Shown: piece by piece, positions 12,551 through 23,290 of the stretch
Numbering within the stretch: position 1 is the stretch's first letter
Layout: each line of letters opens with the position of its first letter
Origin: Macrostomum lignano
Taxonomy: Eukaryota
Direction of reading: 5' to 3'
Length of the DNA stretch: 64,000 nt
Assembly: GCA_002269645.1 (NCBI GenBank)
Contig: NIVC01001190.1
Span: 1-64,000 of the forward strand
Notes under the pieces: generated by a model
What the model was told of the DNA's origin: nothing
The model's database searches: none
The model's input: only the letters and a program-made list of their open reading frames with translations
Made by a program: the position numbers and the translations under genes

Positions 12551-13243
12551 ACACCAAGCATTCGAATTGTGAGTTTTGTGTTTGCTGTTCTGGGGTTGGC
12601 CTGCGCTGGGGGGTTGGGCACGCTTTTATTTACCTGCGTCAATATCGATTACATACATGTACATGAATACTTCGTGCGTGACAAATATATATATCGACTA
12701 AATTTGGCCTTTGAGTGTGTATTTCTCTCGCAATTCTGGTCTTACAGAATGTTGGCGCCCCTTTATGCATGAGGCCCTTACATAAAAATTCCTGAGTATG
12801 CCCCTGCAAAAGCAAGGTCCGAAGTATTTTTGCCGATTAACTTACCACACGAGAAGTACCAAAGAGTCTAGCTATACAAATAATTCGCCAAACCAATGTT
12901 TTTGATAAACGCTTAAAGTTGGTTTAAATTTATCAGCTTAAACGAGAAAATATTGCCCTTAAGCCTGGCTTGTATCCATTTTATACTTCTGTTCGTCCTA
13001 CTGACATGCAAGCCCTGCTAAATTAGGCACGCATTGCAGGTACCCCAGTGTGAGTTGCCAAGATAGTTCAGTAAATCTGTCAAGTGTCACGTTTTACTGA
13101 ACTGAGTGGGTAAAACACGTACAGTTCCTGATAGATGGAACTAGAGAAAATACAAATGTCTGGGTGTCACACTACTACCGTATTATTGCACACTTTGAGT
13201 TCATATACTTAAAATACCCTAACCCTGCAGTGACGTCGATGTC

Positions 13244-13520
13244 CAGGGGCGTCGCCATGGATTTCATGGTGGGGGGACAAAGCCCAAGAATTCTACATGT
13301 ACATTATTTTAGGAATTGATGCTGTTAACAATCATTTTGGCCGCAGGCACTAAATATGTTTTGTTGCCCTGAAGCAAAATTATTGATTTCCATAACAAGT
13401 CAACAAAGGCGGGGTGAGGGGGGGGGCAAAGCATTGGCATGTCCCCCCATAACTTTTAATGGGAGGATCTAGAGGGGGACATGTCCCCCTGTTCCCCCCT
13501 GGTGGCGATCGACGCCCCTG
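13244..13520. mobile_element. hAT-like MITE
   Basis: 11-bp terminal inverted repeats CAGGGGCGTCG...CGACGCCCCTG; 8-bp flanks TCGATGTC/TCGAAAGC match at 5 of 8 positions (possibly a decayed TSD); no ORF. Confidence 0.65.
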
Positions 13521-13727
13521 TCGAAAGCGTCAACCCAAGGCCAAAATTATTCTGTTTGACCTAATAAATATTAACATTAACGACGTCATATGTCGGCCGA
13601 ACGTCGGTGCAATTTAGACCGTTGCCGACGTCGGGTTGCTGTACAGGTGACTAGTTAGAACTCCTGGTTTTTGAAGACCAGGTGAGTAAAAAGCTGCGCA
13701 CAGGCCACGCCAGTTTATTTAGTGTGT

Positions 13728-13972
13728 TTGGATGAAGCTGTGAGGCTGAGTTTGTCTGGATGAAGCTGTGAGGCTGAGTGGGTCTGGGTGAAGCTGTGAA
13801 GCTGAGTGGGTCTGGATGAAGCTGCGAAGCTGAGTGGGTCTGGATGAAGCTGCGAAGCTGAGTGGGTCTGGATGAAGCTGTGAGGCTGAGTGGGTCTGGA
13901 TGAAGCTAGATGTGAAGCTGAGTGGGTCTGGATGAAGCTGTAAAGCTGAGCGGGTCTGGATGCTGTGAGGAT
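13728..13972. repeat. 28-bp tandem repeat (GGATGAAGCTGTGAGGCTGAGTGGGTCT), about 8 copies
   Basis: Direct reading. Confidence 0.9.
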
Positions 13973-14234
13973 TTTAAATGAGAAAGTTACTCAAATTTGT
14001 CTCCCAATTTTTATGCTACCAAGGTAGCTCTTAGGATGGTTAATTTTTCAAATAAATATAATTTTTTAAACAACATAGCAGTGCCGATTTGAATGACTTT
14101 ACTTGACTAAGTTTGCTTTTATTTTCATCAAAAGTTCTCGCTTCACTCTCGCATTCTTTTCAAAGTCAAAGACAAACACTTGATTAAATCTTGCTGCATC
14201 GAGTTATCTGACAGGCAACACCCATACCTCAGCT

Positions 14235-16239
14235 TTAATTCTTCCAATAGGTACATTTATTCTTTCGATTTAAAGTGCTCGATTTGCTGCATTCGAATGC
14301 TCTGGCGAACTCCTTGTTGTTGGACATGGCGCTGTCAAACTTGACTTGGAGAGCATTGTACGGTTTGAAAGGCTCGCTAATCTGTTCTGTCATCCCGGTT
14401 TGGTAAAAGAGTTGCGCAATCAGTGTGAAAAACATTCTATTGAGTTGATTTTGGTCAGCGGGTTCGGCTGCGCAGAGTTCATCTGCGGTTGGCTGGAGTT
14501 GCTCAGCTGATTGAATGCTCTAAACCAGTATCTGCACGTTGCAGATTTGCTGCGGGGTCACTTGACGAACGCTTGGTAACTGGAATGGGCTTGAAGTTTC
14601 TGCTGCTCTACAATTAAAGATCTGTTTTCACTTCTTTGGTTTATTTCTTTCACAGCTTGCCAAATCGATATGCTGAATGCAGTGACCAGCCGCGGGCCGA
14701 GTTACTGAGTTGTGGACATGCACGGGTAAATATTGGTGGCGTGAGCCGACGCAGAGGGATGGAGACAATTCTAAACCCGTGTTTTGTGTTTGCATATTTT
14801 TCTTCAACATCAAAAGGATTCCTCATAAAGAAAGCAGTACTGTATTTCTGGCCGCAAAGTACCGGATTCTCAGCTGGGAAGCGAGGCTCATCAAATTCAG
14901 AGCGCCAAAGTTGTTTTCCTCGTCAGCTTCAAAGCTTCAAATCTTTCGGCGTATAGGTTCGAGCAAGAGGCGCGTAGATACTCTTTAGAGCTGGAAGGAA
15001 TTCAGCCGAACTTCCTTGATCCGAAAGTTCGAAAAAGTTGCTAGTGTACCTCAGCTGTCTAACTTCATCAATATCGCTTTCCGTCCACCAATTCTGAGAC
15101 TCCACATTGGCTGCATCAGTTGAGTTATATTATGCCACATTGTACATTGTGGATATCACTGGTTGGAGCAGTTTTTTTGTAGCTTCAAGACAATAGTGAT
15201 TATTCTTGATAAACCAGCTCGGGATCATTTTCGACAGTTTGAAGAGCCAGTCAAACAAAATTATCTGAGTGCTGGTTGCTTCGAGTATTGACTTAAAATT
15301 CCCATTAAGTAGCTTACCATCGGATGTTAAATTTATGAATGCACCTAAATAGGCAATCTGAACAGAGGCTGCAAGTAACAAACGGCCACCTTCATAACTC
15401 GAATCCACTTCTTCAAAAAAATTGTCCTTGAAAATGAAACTCGAGTATCAGCCGAAATGCAATTAGTAAAGTTTTCAAGCTGCTTGGCTGTAAACATCAG
15501 GTTTTCTTTTTCATCCCCAGCCCTGTATCTGTATGCAGCTCTCAAGCTTAAGCTACACTGAATCCGACTTCGACAGTTCATCCAATGAGGCCAGCTTTTG
15601 CACAATATTCGTCGCCTCCAGCTCAACGGAATTCGTTACGTTCCATTTCCGAAGGAATCGCAGAAATTTAATCATCTTTGACGACTTCATGGCTCTGGGT
15701 TTCGGTCCGCTAATATTGGCGAATCGGTGTGAAAGTACTTTGAACCTGGCTGCCAACAGGTGGAAACAGGCTCTACAACAGGCAAGAGTCGCTAGCAGAG
15801 ACTCGAGCTCAAGAACTTCGCCTCGATGTCTAAATTCGGTCTCCAGATTGTTGAGCAGCTGGCTAAAAGCGGATCTGAGAAACGCGCCACGCATCGCTTC
15901 TGCGTCAGAGCCGTTCCACCAGCTGAGGCAGTCACCGTACAGCCTACTGGCAATTCTGGTCGGATTAGAGATCATTTCGTCCTGCTGCTGCACTCCATTA
16001 CTTGAGTTTGTCAACAGCTTGTGCAGTCGGTTTCTCATTGTCTCATCAGCTTGCTTGAACAGGTCTTCATGGGGCAGATTTCCAATGGCGAATTCGTACA
16101 TAGACTCGCACGGATTCACTGACTGATTCATCCAGCTGGCGGTTTCCGGTTCGTATTGCTCCATATTGCAGCACATTTTAGTAGCTGCACTATGCCGCTC
16201 CTCCGAGGCCAGTGGAACAGAGATCGCCGGTTGAGCAGA

Positions 16240-16269
<30 letters not shown>
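14235..16269 (-). pseudogene. Degenerate peptidase M13 (neprilysin/ECE-like) gene, frame-disrupted, with no intact HExxH
   Basis: N-terminal WMNQSVNPCESMYEFAIG and RLYGDCL; mid-region IVSIPLRRLTPPIF; C-terminal MFFTLIAQ...SNNKEFARAFECSKSSTLNRKNKCTYW, all matching M13 family motifs. Split over several frames (15553..16176, 15345..15626, 15130..15408, 14235..14435). An in-frame upstream (CTG)9 encodes a poly-Leu signal segment. Confidence 0.75.
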
Positions 16270-16270
<1 letters not shown>

Positions 16271-16271
<1 letters not shown>

Positions 16272-17100
16272 GAGTTTCACGCCATTGCTTGGACCGACGG
16301 CTCCGCCGAAAGCGGTACGGCCAACGGCAGCGGCGTAGCCGTCATCACCTTTTGCGATAACTCCACTTCTACCATCCGCGTCGCGGCCGGCCGCCTGTGC
16401 AGCAGTTTCCAGGCTGAGCCTGCCGCGATCCACGCCGCCCTGGTCCACTGCATCCGCGAGCGCCCAGCCCCTTCTCCCAGCATAGCGGTCCTGACCGACA
16501 GCCTTAGTGCTCTGACCGCTCTGGAGCAAAGACCCGCCGGCCAGACGAACGCCACCGGTGCGGCCTGCTGGCAGACCATCGCCGAGTCCGCCGGGCGCTC
16601 CGACTTTCTGTTCTGCTGGGTCCCGGGCCACGCTGACATTGCCGGTAATACCGCTGCAGACCGCGCCGCCGCCGAGGCTGCCGGGCTGCCCCAGGTCGAC
16701 GTGCCTATTAGCCTTGCGTCAGCCCGTGCGGCCATCCGCCGCGACCGCCGCGCCTTGGACGCCCGGATTCTGGGCCCTCCATGCATTCCCGTAACCGCCA
16801 CGAGCACGTCGCCATTAATCAGCTCAGAGCTGGCGTCAGCCCCCTGTGCGGGGCCTCCCGCCTCCGCCTCGGCATCAACGAAGACGCCTCCTGCCCTGAT
16901 TGCGGCGCGCTTGACACGGTCGACCACGTCCTCCGCCGCTGCCCCCGGAGCGACTCTCTGCGCCTCCGGCTGTTCGGCGGCGGCAACCCCCTGGACGGGC
17001 CCGCCGGTAGAATTCTCGCCTTGCTCCGTGGGATAGGGCGCTGGCCCCCCGCCCGTTTTAGCGCCGCAGCGCTAAGGGCGCGCCGGAAGAAGAAGAAGAA
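16271..17100 (+). mobile_element. 5'-truncated non-LTR retrotransposon (I/Ingi-group-like): RNase H + CCHC finger + (AAG)n tail
   Basis: RNase H motifs WTDGS, SSFQAE, LTDSLS, WVPGH..IAGN..AD; zinc finger CPDC...DHVLRRC; AAG tail; flanked by the direct repeat GCAGCAGCGGA at 16260-16270 and 17101-17111 (TSD). Confidence 0.9.
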
Positions 17101-17110
17101 GCAGCAGCGG

Positions 17111-19480
17111 AGACCCACGACCCACCTCCATGAGGTGTCTCTGGATCATTCTAAAGGACCGTACAACCACCGAGTCTGCGAGGAAGCTGGAAATAACGCG
17201 TCACCTGACAGCGCCACCGACAACCTTCGAACCGTCATGCGCCTCCGCGGAGGAAACGACGACGCCCAAAAAGCGCATCGCTGCCGGAGTCGTGGGAGGC
17301 GCCGAGAAGCCACAGCATCGCACAGAGCCGAGCTGGGCCCAGAACTCCTGGTGCAGTTTAACTGCAACGGCATTAAAAGCCGCCAAATGGAGATACCTCA
17401 CAGGTTCACTCTCCTAACGCCCTGCCGTGGCCCTCCTTCAGGAAACAAAGCTAAGGCATAACGAAGAGTACAATCCACCAAGAGGGTATGTAAAAGCTGC
17501 CAGAGCGGACGGCGCCGCCCTGGACAGGCCTAAAACCGGCGCTAACGTCACTGACACTGCCGACCAGCCTACTCCACCTCTGCCCGATCCCCCCGCTGGC
17601 ACTGCCGGGAAACTGCGCCGCGTCAAGAACCCACGCTGCCGCCTCAGATACCCCGGCCTCCGTGCGGAATGGTGCCCCGGATGCCGCAGCGGCCGCACCG
17701 CATGCAGCGTCCGTTTCACGCCATGAACCAACTCCCACCAGCCGGCCCAACCCGGAGCGAGCCCTACCAGCACGGCGCCTGCTAGTCAGCCCCAACCAAT
17801 CCAAAAAACCGAAAAAAAGAATCACGGGGCGTGGCGGTGCATTGGTACTCGTTCGGGAAGACGTCCAATACGATAGGTTATCGATCAACCGCGAGCAAGA
17901 ACTCCTGGATGTCGTCGCCTGCCGCATCCGCCTACAAGGACAACAGCCAACTGTGGTGGCCTCCATTTACGCCCCACCCACCAGTTACCAACGCCCTGAC
18001 GATACCTGGCAGCCAACCTTTAACAATCTACCGGTCACCGGAAGAGCCATCCTCGGGGGTGATTTCAACGCCCACGGCAGCTGGAAACATCACCTCGACG
18101 AGGACGCCAGGAGCCAAACGGTTGATGAATGGGTTGCTCGCAACTGTCTGACCATCTGCAACTCAACCAACCACACGAGAGCGTGCCCCAGCACAGGTCG
18201 CATCAGCAGTCCGGATGTGACGATCTGCAGCAGCGCCCTCTCCGGCGTTTTGACCGACTCCTGGAGAATAGGCCCCGACTGGAGAACAACCTGCCAGGGA
18301 CAGAAACACTGGATCTACAAAAAAGCAAACTGGGCCGTCTTCCGGGATATTTTGACTGGCTGGGTCGACTCCGATCTACAAACGGTCGCGCTTAACGATG
18401 AGGCTACTCGGCTCTCCGAGGCTATACTCTCAGCCGCGCGACACAGCATCCCGCGCAGCTCAGTAAAGCCAATGCGCCAGTTCCCTTTCTGGAACGACGC
18501 ATGCGAGGATGCCACGAAAGCGACCAAAGCCGCTTGCCAGGCCGTCGAAGCAGATCCGACCCCGGAGAATCTTGCCGCAGCCGCTCGGGCCCGACATAAT
18601 GCCTCAGACTGCCTCAACAAGGAAAAGAAAGCCTTCCTGCTGGAAAGGGCGGCGCACTTCCACCAAGGCCCCGACATCTTTGGCCTACCCTGCGCCATGA
18701 GAGGCGAAGGGCACAAGACTGCGGACCCCGCAGCGATTACTAGAGCCGCCTGATTTAGACTTGAAGGTCATTGAGTCAGACCTCTGAAAATGCCCCGAGC
18801 GTACGGCCCGCACTAACAAGGAAAAGGCAGAGCTTTTCTGCCAGATGTACGCGGAAGTGAGCCGAGTCCCCAGACGCCGCCAGGACACCGCAATCCGCTA
18901 CGAAGCCAACGAGGCCACGACAGTCACAGACGAACCCCCGCTCACGGCCCGGATGCCCTCTTCTCTATCGACGAGCTCCGCGCAGCCGTTCGTCGCCTCA
19001 AGTCAGGAAAGTCTGTGGGGGCCGACGGCGTCTCAAACAAGATTCTGAAACGCCTCCCCGCGGCCGATGAGAATATTCTCCTCAAACTCATCAACCGCAC
19101 CTGGACCGAAGGGCAAACACCGACCAGCTGGCGAAATGGCATCATCATCCCGATCCGAAAAAAGACAAGAGTGCTACGTCGCCGTCCGGTCGCTTTGACC
19201 AGCTGTGTCGCTAAGTGCGCAGAGTGCATGGTGCTTGCCCGCCTTACTTGCAACGGCCCGCTCCCTGGCTACCTGCTCCGAGGAGCTCCAACCTGCTCTG
19301 GACGCAGTGACCAGCTGGTGCAGGACCTGGAAGGTCACCACTAGCAACAGCAAATGCTGCTATACCACTTTCACTCTGGCCCCAAATGAGAACAACGGAA
19401 AGAGCCAGGTGAACCTTTGCATTAATGGAGATAAACTCAATTTTGAGCTCACGCCGACATTTTTGGGGCTCACGTTGGAC
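17111..19480 (+). mobile_element. Decayed LINE ORF2: APE endonuclease plus internally deleted reverse transcriptase
   Basis: APE motifs QFNCNG, LQETK, SIYAPP, GGDFNAH, SSPDVT; RT motifs KSVGADG, WRNGIIIPIRKK, RPVALTSCVAK, LQPALDAVTSWC, FLGLTLD; multiple frameshifts and stops. Confidence 0.9.
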
Positions 19481-19696
19481 GGCGCCAGCTACAGAGGGGG
19501 CGCCAGCTACAGAGGGAGGCGCCAGCTACAGAGAGGGCACCAGCTACAGAGGGGGCGCCATCAACAGAGGGAGCGCCAGCTACAGAGGGGGCGCCAGCTA
19601 CAGAGGGAGCGCCAGCTACAGAGGGAGGCGCCAGCTACAGAGAGGGCACCAGCTACAGAGGGGGCGCCAGCTACAGAGGGGGGCGCCATCTACAGA

Positions 19697-20247
19697 TGCG
19701 CGCCAAGCCGTTTGAAGGCGTGCCTCCAGCGCCTCAGAGACCACGGGATCACCCTTAACCCCGATAAGTGCCGTCTCGCCCAACCTTCCATCGAATTTCT
19801 CGGAATGCGCATCAGCGCCAGCGGCGTCCAGCCAACAGAGGAGAAAATAAAGGCGCTCAAGGCCTTCAAGGAGCCCACGAACACATCGGAGCTACGCTCA
19901 TTCCTTGAGCTGGCAACCTACCTGTCAAGGTTCATTCCTTCAGTACTTCGATGACTGTCATTCGAGCTTTTATCCCCTCTTTGTTTCTTTCTGCTTTGGG
20001 AGAAGTGTTATTGCCACCTAGTTGAATTAGCCTAGCAGGGCGGTGCCTGTTGCCAGCGCTCTCTCTCTCTCTCGCCCGCTATGTCCTAATCAATAGCATC
20101 AATAGCGTAGCAATGTACATGTTCATGAATGTACGCATCGTTCACTGTCGCCTAACAAATGTATATATATTGGGCCCACGGCCATATGGGGCCTTAAGTC
20201 TTTCGTTTCGCGCTGACACTGCCGCCTTCACTATCGCAGTCTTTACA
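19697..20247 (+). mobile_element. Ty3/Gypsy remnant copy 1: RT C-terminal fragment, polypurine tract, 242-bp LTR (20006-20247)
   Basis: LQRLRDHGITLNPDKC...EFLGMRIS...LRSFLELATYLSRFIP is the Gypsy RT end; GGGAGAAG immediately precedes TGTTA...TTTACA (TG...CA LTR ends). Confidence 0.8.
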
Positions 20248-20577
20248 GAGGGGGCGCCAGCTACAGAGGGGGCGCCAGCTACAGAGGGGGGCGCCAGCTA
20301 CAGAGGGAGCGCCAGCTACAGAGGGAGCGCCAGCTACAGAGGGGGCGCCAGCTACAGAGGGGGCGCCAGCTACAGAGGGGGCGCCAGCTACAGAGGGAGG
20401 CGCCAGCTACAGAGAGGGCACCAGCTACAGAGGGGGCGCCATCAACAGAGGGAGCGCCAGCTACAGAGGGGGCGCCAGCTACAGAGGGAGCGCCAGCTAC
20501 AGAGGGAGGCGCCAGCTACAGAGAGGGCACCAGCTACAGAGGGGGCGCCAGCTACAGAGGGGGGCGCCATCTACAGA

Positions 20578-21128
20578 TGCGCGCCAAGCCGTTTGAAGGC
20601 GTGCCTCCAGCGCCTCAGAGACCACGGGATCACCCTTAACCCCGATAAGTGCCGTCTCGCCCAACCTTCCATCGAATTTCTCGGAATGCGCATCAGCGCC
20701 AGCGGCGTCCAGCCAACAGAGGAGAAAATAAAGGCGCTCAAGGCCTTCAAGGAGCCCACGAACACATCGGAGCTACGCTCATTCCTTGAGCTGGCAACCT
20801 ACCTGTCAAGGTTCATTCCTTCAGTACTTCGATGACTGTCATTCGAGCTTTTATCCCCTCTTTGTTTCTTTCTGCTTTGGGAGAAGTGTTATTGCCACCT
20901 AGTTGAATTAGCCTAGCAGGGCGGTGCCTGTTGCCAGCGCTCTCTCTCTCTCTCGCCCGCTATGTCCTAATCAATAGCATCAATAGCGTAGCAATGTACA
21001 TGTTCATGAATGTACGCATCGTTCACTGTCGCCTAACAAATGTATATATATTGGGCCCACGGCCATATGGGGCCTTAAGTCTTTCGTTTCGCGCTGACAC
21101 TGCCGCCTTCACTATCGCAGTCTTTACA
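20578..21128 (+). mobile_element. Ty3/Gypsy remnant copy 2 (LTR 20887-21128)
   Basis: Appears identical to 19697-20247 at +881 bp. Confidence 0.8.
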
Positions 21129-21967
21129 GAGGGGGCGCCAGCTACAGAGGGGGCGCCAGCTACAGAGGGGGGCGCCAGCTACAGAGGGAGCGCCAGCTAC
21201 AGAGGGAGCGCCAGCTACAGAGGGGGCGCCAGCTACAGAGGGGGCGCCAGCTACAGAGGGGGCGCCAGCTACAGAGGGAGCGCCAGCTACAGAGGGGGCG
21301 CCAGCTACAGAGGGGGCGCCAGCTACAGAGGGGGCGCCAGCTACAGAGGGAGCGCCATCTACAGAGGGCGGCGCCAGCTACAGAGGGGGCGCCAGCTACA
21401 GCAGGGGCGCCAGCTACAGAGGGGGCGCCAGCTACAGAGGGGGGCGCCAGCTACAGAGGGAGCGCCAGCTACAGAGGGGGCGCCAGCTACAGAGGGGGCG
21501 CCAGCTACAGAGGGAGCGCCAGCTACAGAGAGGGCGCCAGTTAGATTTCATTGAGGCGGCTGCAAAAATGGTCAGTTTTGAGTTTTGCACCTACTGAAGC
21601 AGACTGTGCAATAATTTAATAATTGATATTATCTATTTATTTACACCAGCTGCTACCCTATCATTGGATCGCAAATGCGCATTTGTTAACTTATTCCCAG
21701 CTCTTCGTGCTGCCAGTTGAAAAATTTGATTTATTATTTTAAGCACTGAGAACCGGCTTCGAACATGCTGGCAGGGAAATGTAAAGCATGGAGGCTTAAG
21801 TTGCTCGTTGTAGCCGCAAGAATTGAAGAGTCTCTGCAGCAGGTACAGCACTCACAGATCCACAAGGCTTGGTAAAGGAGGCTGAGGGCCCAAAGGTGTC
21901 ACAAAAGTCTACTGACGGCACCAAATGTTGCTTCAGGTTCTGCTGCTTTTTCAACGGTAGCAAAACC

Positions 21968-22030
21968 AATGCCTGCAGTGACCAATGCCTGTAGTGACCA
22001 ATGCCTGCAGTGACCATTGCCCCAATTGCA
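21968..22030. repeat. Short 16-bp tandem repeat (AGTGACCAATGCCTGC), about 4 copies
   Basis: Direct reading. Confidence 0.8.
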
Positions 22031-22984
22031 TCTTTTATGGTGCGTTTCTGGCTTGGACGCCTTTAGCCTGCCTGCATCCGGTGCTGGAGTTGCTGCCGCT
22101 AACGATGCACTGAACAACAGTTTATAAACCAGTATATAGGATTTTCTTCAGTTGCAGCTTGCAGAGAGACGCATTGAATCTGCACTACACTGAGCTACTC
22201 ACACAATATGGCTGATCCTTGAGGCTGTTGGAAGTTGGGCTTGAGGGACAGGTGCATGATTCCATATCGTTTTTTTGAGTTTTAGACGCTAACAAGGGGC
22301 CAAGTAGTTTATTGATTATTTGAGCTGTTGTTGTCTTGTCCGGGGCTGCTGCCGCTGCTTGAGATGCTTGAGCAGGCCTGTCAGGAAGGACCGCATCAAT
22401 GACTAGAGTGGAGTAGAGTAGAATACTTGAGTAGTCCAATTGGTTCGCATTTAAAAAGCTACTTTACAACAGCAAGAGCAACAACAACAAAATGCGTTAG
22501 TCAGCCAGTCAAGCGAGCCCCAAGAGGCAAAGGTCACAAAAGACTTCACACGGACAAGCAACAATTTGAACAAGCAAAATGAATTGCATAATAGAGAAAG
22601 GAATGGGCAGGCGAGCCAACTGCTGCCATATTTCTGACTCAAAAACTTCCATTGTTTTCTCAGTGCCAGTTGTCTAGCAAATTGGCTTACAGCAGCCTCA
22701 TGAACTCTACATGTAATACCAAAATGTGATACTATATAACGCGACTTATCCATAATTATTTTATTTCGAAGCCGACAACATGGATTTAATTTATCTACTA
22801 ATCTGGCAATAGGCCCAAACAATGCTGGGCTTACTGTTTCCCTCGCTGGGATAGCCAAAAAAACTTGTTCTCCAAGAGACGAGATCACGGACAAAAGGGA
22901 TGCTCTGAGGCCATGCAAGTGAGGCTTTAAATCCACACAACCCACGAGTGCAGCAGCAGATTCTTCCCACGGACGAAGAGAGAA

Positions 22985-23290
22985 GGGCGCCCACTAAGAG
23001 ACAGGGGCGCCCACTAAGAGACAGGGGCGGCCACTAAGAGACAGGGGCGCCCACTAAGAGACAGGGGCGCCCACTAAGAGACAGGGGCGCCCACTAAGAG
23101 ACCAGGGGCGCCCACCAAGAGACAGGGGGCGCCCACTATAAGAGAGAGCGGCGCCTACCAAGAGACAGGGGCGCCAACTAAAATACAAGGGGGCCCACCA
23201 AGAGACAGGGGCGCCAACTAAAATACAAGGGGGCCCACCAAGAGACAGGGGCGCCCACACTAAGAGACAGGGGCGCCCAACAAGAAGACA
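22985..23290. repeat. Second, shorter copy of the CCACTAAGAGACAGGGGCGC minisatellite
   Basis: Same unit and orientation as 9786-12550. Confidence 0.9.

Larger units (their letters stand above)
19481..21536. repeat. Three blocks of an 18/19-bp minisatellite (GGCGCCAGCTACAGAGGG) interleaved with a duplicated 881-bp Gypsy unit
   Basis: Blocks at ~19481-19695, 20248-20576 and 21129-21536; the intervening unique sequence repeats exactly at an 881-bp offset. Confidence 0.95.

Noticed and set aside
16128-16927. Long minus-strand and alternate-frame ORFs over the RNase H fragment, and 15533..16126 antisense to the M13 gene
   Set aside because: These are shadow ORFs caused by high GC or antisense to recognisable coding frames.
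22185-22945. 164-aa and 84-aa minus-strand ORFs with protein-like composition
   Set aside because: No recognisable motif, the start is a non-ATG codon next to a satellite, and no splice structure could be supported. Left unannotated; a homology search could rescue it.
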